Shown here: positions 20,921-30,510 of the stretch, one piece after another
Layout of the letters: every line of letters begins with the position of its first letter
How positions within the stretch are numbered: the stretch's first letter is position 1
Assembly (NCBI GenBank): GCA_963813025.1
Contig: CAWEXO010000015.1
Location: 32,001-96,000, forward strand
DNA: 64,000 bases
Source of the DNA: an uncultured Verrucomicrobiae bacterium
GTDB lineage: Bacteria > Verrucomicrobiota > Verrucomicrobiia > Chthoniobacterales > JAFAMB01
Direction of reading: 5' to 3'
Position numbers and translations under genes: made by a program
Notes under the pieces: model-generated
The model's database searches: none
Told to the model about the DNA's origin: nothing
The model's input: the letters and a program-made list of their open reading frames with translations, nothing else

Positions 20921-21256
20921 TCAGCGACGCGAATTTTGGGCAGCGTAGGTAGCGCGGATGGCGGAGAGCATGTCGCCGAAACGTCCCTTGAGTTCCGCGC
21001 ATCGAGTAATGTTGTGCATTTCGACGCCCTTACGCTCACTGCGGATAAGGCCGGCTTCGCGCAGGATTTTGAAATGCTGAGAGAGGGTTGCCTTAGGCAA
21101 CGTGCGGCTATCGACTTTGCGGAAGTTGGAGCAAGTAAGGGGACATTCCGATGCGGCGATTTCGGCGAAGATTTGGGCGCGCACGGGATCAGACAGGGCA
21201 TAGAGGATGCCTTCGACAGTAATGTCGCGGACAGCAGGATGGAGTAGCGGCCGCAC
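20921..21256 (-). CDS. ArsR-family transcriptional regulator
   Basis: LYALSDPVR, KATLSQHFKILREAGLIRSERKG. Confidence 0.9.
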   Translation of the reverse strand: MRPLLHPAVRDITVEGILYALSDPVRAQIFAEIAASECPLTCSNFRKVDSRTLPKATLSQHFKILREAGLIRSERKGVEMHNITRCAELKGRFGDMLSAIRATYAAQNSRR

Positions 21257-21262
21257 AGGGTG

Positions 21263-21313
21263 ATTATAACGGGACTTGACAAATAGTCCATTAGTTCATA
21301 AGTACGGAACTAA
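21263..21313. promoter_or_regulatory. Divergent promoters with operator palindrome between the ArsR and SDR genes
   Basis: TATAAT on the minus strand at 21263-21268; TTGACA on the plus strand at 21276-21281; inverted repeat TTAGTTC-N9-GAACTAA at 21291-21313. Confidence 0.65.
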
Positions 21314-21319
21314 AGAGCA

Positions 21320-22072
21320 ATGTCGTCTTCTCTCATGAAAAATAAAACCGTTCTCATCACGGGTGGAACTACCGGCATCGGTCTGGCCACCGCCCAACTC
21401 TTAAGCGCCGAGGGTGCAAAGGTCATTGTCACCGGGCGTAATCCCGAGACTTTGGCCGCCGCCAAGAAGGTTCTCACGAGCGTGGTTGTGCTTTCCTCGG
21501 ATGCCGGTGATTTGGCCGCCGACCAGGCGCTGGGCGGCGAGATCAAGCAATTCGCGGATCATCTCGACGGAGCCTTCCTGAATGCGGGCGTCGGGGGATT
21601 CGCACCGATTGACGCCGTAACGCCCGAGCAATACGACCATCTATTCAATGTGAACGTGCGAGGCCTCTACTTCCAGCTGCAATCGCTTCTGCCATTGCTG
21701 GCCAATCCGAGCTCCGTCGTATTCACATCCTCCATCGCCGGTTCTATCGCCTTCGCCGGCTCGTCGGTCTATTCGGCGACGAAGGCTGCAGTCATTTCCC
21801 TTGGCAAGACCCTGGCGGTCGAGTTAGCCCAGCGCGGGGTGCGGGTGAACGTGTTGAGCCCAGGACCGATTGACACACCTATCTTAAAGAAATCCGGCCT
21901 TCCCCCTGACCAACAGAAAGGGTTTGAGGAAATGGTTGTCGCCAAGTCGCTCTTAAAACGGTTCGGAACATCCGAGGAAGTGGCCCGGGCAGCCAGATTC
22001 CTGCTATCGGAGGATTCAAGTAACATTACCGGCACGGAGCTGATTATCGACGGCGGCGTTCGATTGAACTAG
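21320..22072 (+). CDS. Short-chain dehydrogenase/reductase
   Basis: TGGTTGIG, FLNAG, YSATK, VNVLSPGPIDT, IDGG. Confidence 0.93.
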   Translation: MSSSLMKNKTVLITGGTTGIGLATAQLLSAEGAKVIVTGRNPETLAAAKKVLTSVVVLSSDAGDLAADQALGGEIKQFADHLDGAFLNAGVGGFAPIDAVTPEQYDHLFNVNVRGLYFQLQSLLPLLANPSSVVFTSSIAGSIAFAGSSVYSATKAAVISLGKTLAVELAQRGVRVNVLSPGPIDTPILKKSGLPPDQQKGFEEMVVAKSLLKRFGTSEEVARAARFLLSEDSSNITGTELIIDGGVRLN

Positions 22073-22074
22073 CA

Positions 22075-22190
22075 GGGGTCACTCCTCCATTCGTAAAAAA
22101 TTGTACATTAGGGGGTAAATCAGTAAGCGGTTGTCTCCGAAGGGGACGCAGCTTGCGATTTCGAGGGCCTCCGTCGCGTCGCCACTAGCT
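22075..22190 (-). mobile_element. Tn3-family (Tn21/Tn1721-like) 38-bp terminal inverted repeat with the extreme C-terminus of tnpA
   Basis: GGGGTCACTCCTCCATTCGTAAAAAATTGTACATTAGG (22075-22112); the minus strand reads KLRPLRRQPLTDLPPNVQFFTNGGVTP into the IR. Confidence 0.75.
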
Positions 22191-22509
22191 GCGTTCCTGC
22201 AGTGCTCTGATGGCACGTTCAAGATGCTAATCATCTCGGAAAGACGTTCATCGGCGGCATCTTAAAAGATGCCAGTAAGGAATGGCGGCAGCTGTGGCAC
22301 AAACAGCTGGCGTCAACTCGGGTCGGATTGGTCAATCTTGCCGATCGTTCTTAGACAGCTTTCCGATTTGGCGGCAGAGGTTTTAGCCGGGAGTCGATCG
22401 CTGGAGGATGCGTACGCTGGGGTGAAAGCCGCCAAAGAAGAAACCATTCGGCACAACTCGAATTAGCCGATGAAGTGCACGTAATAATAGCGTCTCGGGC
22501 GGTAAAGAG

Positions 22510-22900
22510 TAGGGCTTCTTTTCTTCTGCGGTTTGCCGAAGGTCTTTTCCAGTGCGGCGCCCAAGACCTGGCGCAAACCCTGGAAGGTGACCGGCTCCTT
22601 GTTTTTGGATTGCTCGGCCAAATAGGCCTCTGTCACAGTGGCAGCCAGCGTCTCGGCCTGGGGCTCCTTCGGACCGGCCAGTTGCTTCGTAGCGCTCGAA
22701 GTGGAGGTCGAGATGCCTGCCGAGGCAGGTTGCTCGACTTTCGAAATTCCCGTCGATGGGATTTTCGATCCACCACCAGTACCGCCGTGCTCTGCTTTCT
22801 CCCGGTCCAGGCTGATCTCACCGATGCGCTGGCAAGCGGGGAGCTTGATCTCGGCAAAACGTTGCTTGGCTTCAAAGTCGTCCCGGATCCGCGCGGCCGC
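22510..22900 (-). pseudogene. Decayed phage-type protein
   Basis: ARIRDDFEAKQRFAEIKLPACQRIGEIS...AGISTSTS then a frameshift; no start codon. Confidence 0.4.
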
Positions 22901-23268
22901 CCCAGAACCGCGAATCGCAGCAATTAGAAATAATTCCTGATTTGACTAAAGAGAGCGTCAAAACTTTCGAAAAAGACACCCGCAAAGCGGGAATTGGGTT
23001 CTTTGAGCGGAATCGATTGGAAAGATTCTTTTTGAACGTTTCGAACGGAAGGGCGTCGAAGTCCGCTCACAATTTTTAAAATGTAGACGTGATGGTTGAG
23101 CCGCCGGATGAGTGCTAGCGCTTGTCCAGCGGTAAACCACTTTTATGAACGACCTTGTGACAAAAGACTATTTGGACGCGAGGGTAACCCGACTCAAAGC
23201 CGAATTACTGACTTGAATTATCGGGCTTTTGATTGCCGGTCCGGTCTGCTAATCGCGATTTTACACAA

Positions 23269-23529
23269 ATGAAAAACTACGGCTGGCTCTGGTGGGCCTT
23301 TATTATTCCGGCAATCGTCTTAGGCGGCATTTTTCCGGCCTTTGGCAGGCTTTGCATCCTGCCGGTCATGATCGCAATCCTGGTGGCTTTTATGGGGCTG
23401 GTCGTCCCACGGGTGATCATCAATTACGTGCGCATGATCCGGCGTCGTCAGAAATACGGCCGGGAGGATCCCTACCTTTACATGGAAGAGTTCCGGCCCC
23501 GGGGCAACGGGCTGGGCATGGGAGATTAG
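23269..23529 (+). CDS. Small membrane protein
   Basis: Two hydrophobic segments followed by a basic tail. Confidence 0.55.
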   Translation: MKNYGWLWWAFIIPAIVLGGIFPAFGRLCILPVMIAILVAFMGLVVPRVIINYVRMIRRRQKYGREDPYLYMEEFRPRGNGLGMGD

Positions 23530-23537
23530 CGGAAGCG

Positions 23538-23843
23538 ATGGATCTATTTTCTGAATTACTTTTCAAGCCGCTGGCCGAAATCCTTAATGGCATCAGCCGG
23601 ATCTTGCTAGGCGGAGAAGCCCTATTTGTCTTTTGGGTCTTTGTCGGAATCCCCTTGTGGATTTTATGGTGTGGGCTGAAAACCAGAACTTGGAAAGGCG
23701 TTCTTTTCGGTCTTGTGTTTGCCTTGGCGGCTTCTTCACCGCTTTTCCTTTTTGTGCTGGCAAAGCCGGCTCACCCCGACCAGAAAAAATCCCGGACTCA
23801 CCACGTGCAACCCAAGCCGGACGATCCGGACGAAGAAAGCTAG
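23538..23843 (+). CDS. Small membrane protein
   Basis: Starts 8 nt after the previous stop; two hydrophobic segments. Confidence 0.55.
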   Translation: MDLFSELLFKPLAEILNGISRILLGGEALFVFWVFVGIPLWILWCGLKTRTWKGVLFGLVFALAASSPLFLFVLAKPAHPDQKKSRTHHVQPKPDDPDEES

Positions 23844-24099
23844 CCGGCGAGCGCTAGGCGCCATTCCGGCACCTGCCCTTCCAGTCCTGATAATCCAAGG
23901 TTATTTTCCTAACCGTCCGGGGACGTCGCAGACTGACCCCGGTCGAACACCAGCCCGACTCGTAAACGGTATTGGGTGAGGGAATTATTGGCAAAGCAAG
24001 CCAACGTTCCTCCTCCCTGAAGTGATCAACCGGAGGGTCTTCCAGAGTAACGGCTCGGTTTTATCGTTGTCGAGTACGGTGGTGCAGGATTCTGCGCAA

Positions 24100-24285
24100 T
24101 GTCTCCTCGGCACCCACAGCCGCGTCACCTGGTGAACGATAGAGCAGTCGAGCGACCGTCTGCTGCCGACCAAAAGGAGGCATTGGAGCTTTGGAAGAGG
24201 TCGCCACGAAAAAAGGCTCAGCCTTGCCTGGGTTGTCCGCGATGCGATCGAAAAATATCTCGGCAACGCGAGAGACCCTGGCTGA
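24100..24285 (+). pseudogene. Frameshifted CopG/ribbon-helix-helix regulator
   Basis: ALEEVATKK, shift at an A6 run, then LSLAWVVRDAIEKYLG. Confidence 0.6.
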
Positions 24286-24383
24286 TGGAGCGCTTTGGGA
24301 GAGTTTTCTCGAGCCCTAAGGGTTGGAAAAGATCGGGGTGATTAGGGCAAAAAACAATTTTCCCTTCCCCAAATGCGAAAGTG

Positions 24384-26069
24384 TTAACTCTGCCGGTTCA
24401 GCCAGCTTCGAAGCTCAGAAACAGAGACAACGGCTCGCAATTCCGGCGCGATGAATTGTGTTTCTGGTCCGATCGGCACATAGGGAACGTGAGGTAGACA
24501 AACGATCGGAAGAATTTCGAACTCCGAGAAATCAAAACCTGGAAGACACCGTGGATTCGCTTCGAGGATTAGTTTGACCTCGGACCAGCGCCGGAGCCCA
24601 TCTCTTGCTACGCTGGCTGTAGCTCGGACCGTCCGAGGATCTCCCTGGTTAAATTTCCCCGAATAAATGCGGCTCTTACAGGAAACCAGCATTAGTTTTC
24701 TGTCCTTTAATCCGATTGCGTCAAAATCCGTAACTCCTTGCCCGCCGATTCTGATTGTTTGACCGACCTTCAGGCGCAGGTCCTGCGGGGGAGCCCAAGA
24801 GGAAAGATCAATGACACCTTGAACGGCACGTTCAAAATCCCGGCCCCGGAGATTCCCTTGGATCCCTCCCTGCGCGTTAAATTCGGCGAATTCATGAAGC
24901 ATCATCGTTGTGGCGTAGAGATCGATGCACACAAGCGTGCCTTCGGCGCGAATTGCGGGTCCGCAGCGCGTCGGCCATGCCTTCCCCTTGATGGCCGAAA
25001 CAGCATCAATCAGTTCACGGTAGCTAGTAGGAAAATGTGTCCCTGGAAATACGTGAGTGGCGACCGCGGCCGCATCCTCGATTACATAGTCCGGCGCAGT
25101 GTTGATTGTGTCGGTATCGGTCACGATCCAGCCTAGGCCGACTATCTTCAGCATCGACATGGGGTCAGACTCAGCTAAGCCTTTCATAGCTCGAAGAAAA
25201 CCGACCAACAGAGGCAATTCTTCAAGCCACCATCGAGCTCCTGCATTCACGACTGCCTTATTCAGACGGGCAAGTTCATCCAGACAAATAAGCATGATCC
25301 CGAATCGGAGTTGGCTAGCGTGGCGCACGGTTTCAGCTGCAAGGGTTGCGTTCCACGATCCCCGCCATGGCACGGGCGGCGTGCGCCAAACTGCGATAAT
25401 TTCCGACGAACACCCGGTAGCCACCTCAGTCCAAACGACCGATCCTGTGGTCGAAAGGAAATCTCCCGGTGTCGCATCGACTCTCGCATCATAGAGCTCG
25501 ACGGCGCGTTTTAGGTCGACTGAGGCCTTCACACTTCCACCCGCCCGCGTGCTAAGGCTGAATTCGGCGCCCTTTCCTACCCACCTCAGATTCGTATGAA
25601 TTTGAGAGAGGTATCGCGCCCCGGCAATGAACTCAGCAACTAAGTCCGCCGTTGATTCGTCTACGGGGTAGCGCAAAAGGTTTGTCCTCTCTGGCGGCGC
25701 GGAAGTCGCGCTTTCGCCGGAAAGAATCTCTGCCAAAGCGGAGTCATAAATAGCGGTAGTCCGGACCTTGCCAAGCCAGCAGCTCAATGGAAGGTGGCGC
25801 AAATACCAGAGCCATTGGAATGGAGATAGATGTTGCACGCGCTGGTGCAAGTCATCTTCAACACTCTTTCGGGCTCCCTCTAAATACTCATACATTTCAT
25901 CTGCGGCAATAGCGCCACCAACAGATATCGCGGGGTTTGGAACTGAATCACGAACCAGACGTTCGTACTTTGACACCACGTTGCTTTCTGCTCGCTTCAG
26001 GCGGCGTAGATCGAAATATCGACGAAACTCGGCCGCGATTTGGCCTCCAGTGATAATTATCCTCGGCAT
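24384..26069 (-). CDS. Uncharacterised 561-aa protein with C-terminal PD-(D/E)xK-like nuclease domain
   Basis: RGRDFERAV...TDFDAIG...LVSCKS in the last ~160 aa. Confidence 0.65.
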   Translation of the reverse strand: MPRIIITGGQIAAEFRRYFDLRRLKRAESNVVSKYERLVRDSVPNPAISVGGAIAADEMYEYLEGARKSVEDDLHQRVQHLSPFQWLWYLRHLPLSCWLGKVRTTAIYDSALAEILSGESATSAPPERTNLLRYPVDESTADLVAEFIAGARYLSQIHTNLRWVGKGAEFSLSTRAGGSVKASVDLKRAVELYDARVDATPGDFLSTTGSVVWTEVATGCSSEIIAVWRTPPVPWRGSWNATLAAETVRHASQLRFGIMLICLDELARLNKAVVNAGARWWLEELPLLVGFLRAMKGLAESDPMSMLKIVGLGWIVTDTDTINTAPDYVIEDAAAVATHVFPGTHFPTSYRELIDAVSAIKGKAWPTRCGPAIRAEGTLVCIDLYATTMMLHEFAEFNAQGGIQGNLRGRDFERAVQGVIDLSSWAPPQDLRLKVGQTIRIGGQGVTDFDAIGLKDRKLMLVSCKSRIYSGKFNQGDPRTVRATASVARDGLRRWSEVKLILEANPRCLPGFDFSEFEILPIVCLPHVPYVPIGPETQFIAPELRAVVSVSELRSWLNRQS

Positions 26070-26164
26070 TGTTTACAGTTTGGACTCCTGCCCTGCCTCA
26101 AATGGCCATTCATTCGCCAGGAGTACCTATGATTTACTCTCGAACAATCTCCTCTGGCTGCTTG

Positions 26165-26842
26165 TCAGTTCGCAGTCCAAGGTGCTCGGCAGCAAATCCA
26201 ATACCTTTCCCCTGTCCGAGGGCATATGTCTAGCGCTTCTCGAATTAGCTCGTGGGCGAGCGGCTCACGATGATCTCCTCGCCAAACATTCGAGATCTCT
26301 TCGAATGCTTCGGAATCAGCCCTAATCAAACACGGCACGTCGATCATAACCCGCAATTCACTAGGCATCGATCTCCATTCATTCTTATCGAGCGACCAAT
26401 AGAAACCAACTGTAGCGAACGGGCTTTGACTGCCCGCCGCGCTCTGAACCCACCGGACTGTCTTAACAAAACGTACCGCCAGTTCTGAAAGAGCACTGCG
26501 CGTTTCCGAATGAAAGGCTCGGAACCATTCCGGGAAAAGTTCAAGCTCTAAACCTCGGTTCGGCTTGACTTTGCCACCGCCGTCAATAATGACAACTCCG
26601 TCCTCGATGTGAGGTACAGGTAGAGACTTCAGTACGGAGCCAGGCAAAATCCCTTGGGCCAAACCATTCAAAACCTCTTCGATTTTCGGTTCCGGACGCT
26701 TCTCAATGCTCGCGTCGCAGCAAAGCTGTTCATTTGGGGGGGTCCGTTCCAAATCCGCGGTAATACAAGACGACTTCTCCTTCCCCTGATGGCTCGCTCC
26801 AGAAACTTGGCAGGAGATTCCGCAATCCGACATGCATTCCAC
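26165..26842 (-). pseudogene. Probably 3'-truncated hypothetical protein (start uncertain)
   Basis: Protein-like up to EPLAHELIREA, then an abrupt non-protein-like end. Confidence 0.45.
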
Positions 26843-26909
26843 TAAGGCTATATGTTAACTTGAACCACATTGTACAAACGTTGCCGCTTCGTGGGCGTGC
26901 GAGTTTCAA

Positions 26910-28040
26910 CTACAGGAGCTCCCAAAGTCGGCAAGCATCCCCGAACAGCTCGACGCTCCAGTTGCCATCGGGCTCCCTGACAGGTCTTCTGAGGCGAACA
27001 TGTCCCTGCCGGGAGCCTTCCTCAAGAATAGTAACTCCCATTTCTCTCAGTTGTTTTCGAACGGTCGGGTCAGAATGCTGATATCCAGCTGCAGGTCCCC
27101 TTGCCGTAATGTATGCATCAGCGCTCAGACCACAGATTCTAGTGATATCCGCTGGCGTGGGAAGCGGGCGTCTACCTTTTAGGTAAGGGGTCAAAACTGC
27201 CCACGCTTCCTTGATCAAGAGCTTCGGCCAGATTTCGCGATGATGGCCGCTCTCCGCGCCATGGTGCGAAACCTTGTAACCCTGGTGCAAATTATCGACA
27301 TGCGAGAAGCGCTCGATTATCGCTCGCCACCCGACGCCGGCCTCTCCGAGTTCCTCCAGGTCCGCCCCCAAAAGGACTAGCGCTTCGCCGATCTTGACGC
27401 TCAGAACAACCGCCAGATCATTCGGCCCCACCGACGGGACCGCCGATCGCCTCTGCCCTTCTTCTGGCAATTCCTCGCTGAATTTTGCGAGACTGGCTAA
27501 ATATGCTGCCGAGGACGGTGAGAGGGCTTTTACCGAAATGCGGATACCCGAATTAGCTTCATGCACCATCGCGCCTTCACTAACGAATCGCAGGGCAATA
27601 AACCTGTTGCCAGCTTTCCTTTTCTTTCGCACCGATAGGACATCATTGAATTCCTGGAGACCTGAACCGCCTGCCGGAAACTCACGCGAGTATAAAGTTG
27701 TCAACTTGCTGAATTGCTCGCTTCTGAGTGCATGAGCGCAGACAAACTCGGCCGACTCACACTTCTCATAAACCTTGGCCAAGCCACGAATGTGATCGTC
27801 ATGCCAGTGCGTTGACACCACCAAAGGAACCGCCTTCGAAACCTCAACGCCGATCGCCGCAAGGTAATCGAGCGCCGCTGGCTCTTTTGTGGCCCTGGAT
27901 AGGCATGAATCGACGATCATCCATTGGCTACCGGTGAGGTGTACGACGATCGATTCGCCGCATCCGGGACCGAAAACTGACACCTCAACTTCGTCCGAGC
28001 GCGGCGGCGTTTTTGGACTAGTGCCAAGCAGCGTCTTCAC
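26910..28040 (-). CDS. MBL-fold metallo-hydrolase (ComEC/Rec2-like, probable nuclease)
   Basis: GCGESIVV, IVDSC, STHWHDDHIRG, NDLAVV, LLGADLE, KVSHHGA; GTG 28040 overlaps the upstream stop. Confidence 0.88.
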   Translation of the reverse strand: MKTLLGTSPKTPPRSDEVEVSVFGPGCGESIVVHLTGSQWMIVDSCLSRATKEPAALDYLAAIGVEVSKAVPLVVSTHWHDDHIRGLAKVYEKCESAEFVCAHALRSEQFSKLTTLYSREFPAGGSGLQEFNDVLSVRKKRKAGNRFIALRFVSEGAMVHEANSGIRISVKALSPSSAAYLASLAKFSEELPEEGQRRSAVPSVGPNDLAVVLSVKIGEALVLLGADLEELGEAGVGWRAIIERFSHVDNLHQGYKVSHHGAESGHHREIWPKLLIKEAWAVLTPYLKGRRPLPTPADITRICGLSADAYITARGPAAGYQHSDPTVRKQLREMGVTILEEGSRQGHVRLRRPVREPDGNWSVELFGDACRLWELL

Positions 28041-28632
28041 GCAGTTTTTCGACCTCTCTGGCCGCCTTATCGAGCTCTTCCTTGCTCCACGGCGGCAGAC
28101 GGCGAAAATAAATCTCGCTGAAACGCGACCGGGTACCACTGCGAAGGCGATAGCCAATCATCCAAGAAAATCTTGCTCCAGCGACGACCGAGTCTCGCTG
28201 TTCATCGGCAACTTCCTCCAAACTGATTTCAGCCTGCTTGACAGGAAAATCTCGAAACCCTTCGTAAAGGCGCGCCGTGAAACGCTGTTTTTCTCGTTCC
28301 AGGACAACACCTTCCCACTCTTGCAGAATTATCGAGCGCTCTTGAACCAGTCCGGCTCCCGGTTCCTTTTTTATAGGCACCCCCTCCATCTGAGAATGAA
28401 ATTTCAAGATTCTCAATTGAGCTCTTGGTTCAATTGGTCCAGCCACGTAGCCTGCCCAGGTTCCGGCGGCCTCCAATACTGCCGCATCGTAGTCAAGCAC
28501 TTCCGTGGTGTCCTTCTGTGAGACCAATTTGGACATCCCCTGCCAGTCTAGGTTGGTCAGGGATTGAAGCGCGGTCTGGGCTTTTCCATACCCTTCGTTT
28601 AGCTCCCTAGTCTCTGTCAGGCTTGTTCCCAT
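28018..28632 (-). CDS. Conserved-looking hypothetical protein, middle gene of a three-gene operon
   Basis: LQEWEGVV..FTARL..GARFSWMIGY..FRRLPPWS; overlaps both neighbours. Confidence 0.8.
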   Translation of the reverse strand: MGTSLTETRELNEGYGKAQTALQSLTNLDWQGMSKLVSQKDTTEVLDYDAAVLEAAGTWAGYVAGPIEPRAQLRILKFHSQMEGVPIKKEPGAGLVQERSIILQEWEGVVLEREKQRFTARLYEGFRDFPVKQAEISLEEVADEQRDSVVAGARFSWMIGYRLRSGTRSRFSEIYFRRLPPWSKEELDKAAREVEKLREDAAWH

Positions 28633-29102
28633 ATCAGTTTCCGAAAGATTACTTCGGCCACACGTGTGGCCTCTTTAATCGCACTTCTCCATTCATTCCT
28701 AATGAATTCTCTTACCAAGGAGGCTGTTTCGCTCTCGGGTGAGGGCTTGTAGTCGAAGTTGCTCGTTACGTAAATACCATTTTGCAGCAATACCGAAGGA
28801 TGCACCGACACGTTGGTGAAGCCAGCAAACCGCCCTGGTCGCGGCGACATAATCGAAATCGATGTCATTCCAGGTTCTTCGTAAAGAGCTCGCCAAATGG
28901 TGTCTTTCGGAGCCAGCGAATTACCGATCCTGTGCCAGTTCTCCTGACTCCCAGTCGTTAGATGTAAACCTTGATTGATGCCAGCTGCCGATATCGGCGT
29001 GTGCGATAACCTCGTCAGGATACCTATGACCAAATCGTTTAGCTTCGGCGCCTTCGACACATCTAGCGTCCTAATCGTTAAGCGGTTTTGGAGCACTTGC
29101 AG

Positions 29103-30510
29103 GAGCTATAACCGAATTTTGTGGATGAGGAGATAAAGAAAGGCGCATCCTTTCAGTGAGAAAAAGAAACACGGCAGCCTCACTCGAGGACGCCAAAAAG
29201 AAAGGATGCACCAATGCCAGAGAATAAAGTGGTCTCGCTTGATGAGCGAGCAAAAGATGAAGAGAAGCCCTTCCTGGAACAGTTACTGCAGGAAGGGGCC
29301 AGGAAGCTGTTACAGGCGGCAATCGAGAATGAGGTGATCGACTATATCCAATTCCACAAAGATCAGCGGGATGAGAATGGGCAGCGGCTGGTGGTACGCA
29401 ATGGACATCTGCCGGAGCGGGAGGTGGTCAGTGGAGTGGGTCCGATCCGGGTTCGTCAGCCACGGATCCGGCATCGCGACCAAGGTCGATTTTCCAGCGC
29501 GATTCTGCCCAAGTATATGCGTCGGGCTCCCAGCGTCGATGCTTTGATTCCAGCCCTTTACCTCAAAGGGATCTCAACCGGAGATTTCAGCGAAGCGTTG
29601 ACAGCGATTTTGGGCGAAGGAGCCAGTGGGCTTTCAGCCACCAACATCGTCAGACTCAAGAGCAGTTGGGAAGCCGATTACAAGGCATGGACTCAGCGTG
29701 ACTTGAGGCAGAAGCGTTACGTTTATTGGTGGGCCGACGGCGTCTATTTCAACGTCCGACTCGACGAAGAGCGAACCTGCGTGCTGGTCTTGATCGGAGC
29801 CACCGAGGATGGCACCAAAGAACTCTTAGCTGTTGTCGACGGTTATCGCGAAAGCACCCAATCCTGGCGTGAACTGCTTGGGCAGCTCAAACGCCTAGGC
29901 CTGTCCGCCGCGCCGAAGTTGGCCATCGGTGACGGTTCGCTCGGCTTCTGGATCGCTCTGCAGGAAGAATATGGCCCGATCGCCCAGCAACGTTGTTGGG
30001 TGCATAAGACAGCCAACATCCTGGATAAAATGCCCAAGAGTGTGCAAGGTAAAGCTAAGCAACTCATCCATGAAATGTACCTGGCGCCGACCCGCAAAGC
30101 AGCTCTGGCGGCCTACGATCAGTTCATCTCCAGTTACCAAATCAAGTTCCCAAAAGCCTGCGAATGCTTGGACAAAGATAAAGAAGTCCTGTTTACCTTT
30201 TACGACTTCCCAGCCCAACATTGGCCGCATTTACGGACCACCAACCCCATCGAATCCACCTTTGCTACCGTCCGATTACGAACTCACCGAACAAAGGGTT
30301 GCGGTTCACGAATCGCGACACTGACAATGGTCTTTAAACTCGGTCTGGAAGCCCAAAAGCATTGGCGCCGGCTTCAGGGCTTCGAACTGATCCCAAAGGT
30401 AGTTACTGGTGTCCGGTTCGTCGATGGCGAAGAACAAACCCAACAGGCCGCTTAATCGATCATTTCAAAGGATGCGCCCGTTCCCAATACACAACTTTTG
30501 ACAATATCTC
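29103..30510 (+). mobile_element. IS256-family insertion sequence, 1408 bp, with a 9-bp target duplication
   Basis: CACTTGCAG at 29094-29102 and 30511-30519; imperfect IRs GAGCTATAACCGAATTTTGTG / GAGATATTGTCAAAAGTTGTG. Confidence 0.95.
29214..30455 (+). CDS. IS256-family DDE transposase
   Basis: VRNGH, LYLKGISTGD, WADG, AIGDG, QRCWVHK, RTTNPIES. Confidence 0.96.
   Translation: MPENKVVSLDERAKDEEKPFLEQLLQEGARKLLQAAIENEVIDYIQFHKDQRDENGQRLVVRNGHLPEREVVSGVGPIRVRQPRIRHRDQGRFSSAILPKYMRRAPSVDALIPALYLKGISTGDFSEALTAILGEGASGLSATNIVRLKSSWEADYKAWTQRDLRQKRYVYWWADGVYFNVRLDEERTCVLVLIGATEDGTKELLAVVDGYRESTQSWRELLGQLKRLGLSAAPKLAIGDGSLGFWIALQEEYGPIAQQRCWVHKTANILDKMPKSVQGKAKQLIHEMYLAPTRKAALAAYDQFISSYQIKFPKACECLDKDKEVLFTFYDFPAQHWPHLRTTNPIESTFATVRLRTHRTKGCGSRIATLTMVFKLGLEAQKHWRRLQGFELIPKVVTGVRFVDGEEQTQQAA

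Noticed and set aside
23975..23985. GGTGAGGGA as the distal att copy of tRNA-Ser
   Set aside because: Only a 9-bp match; no convincing duplicate of the tRNA-Ser 3' end was found by eye, so the island's left boundary is undefined
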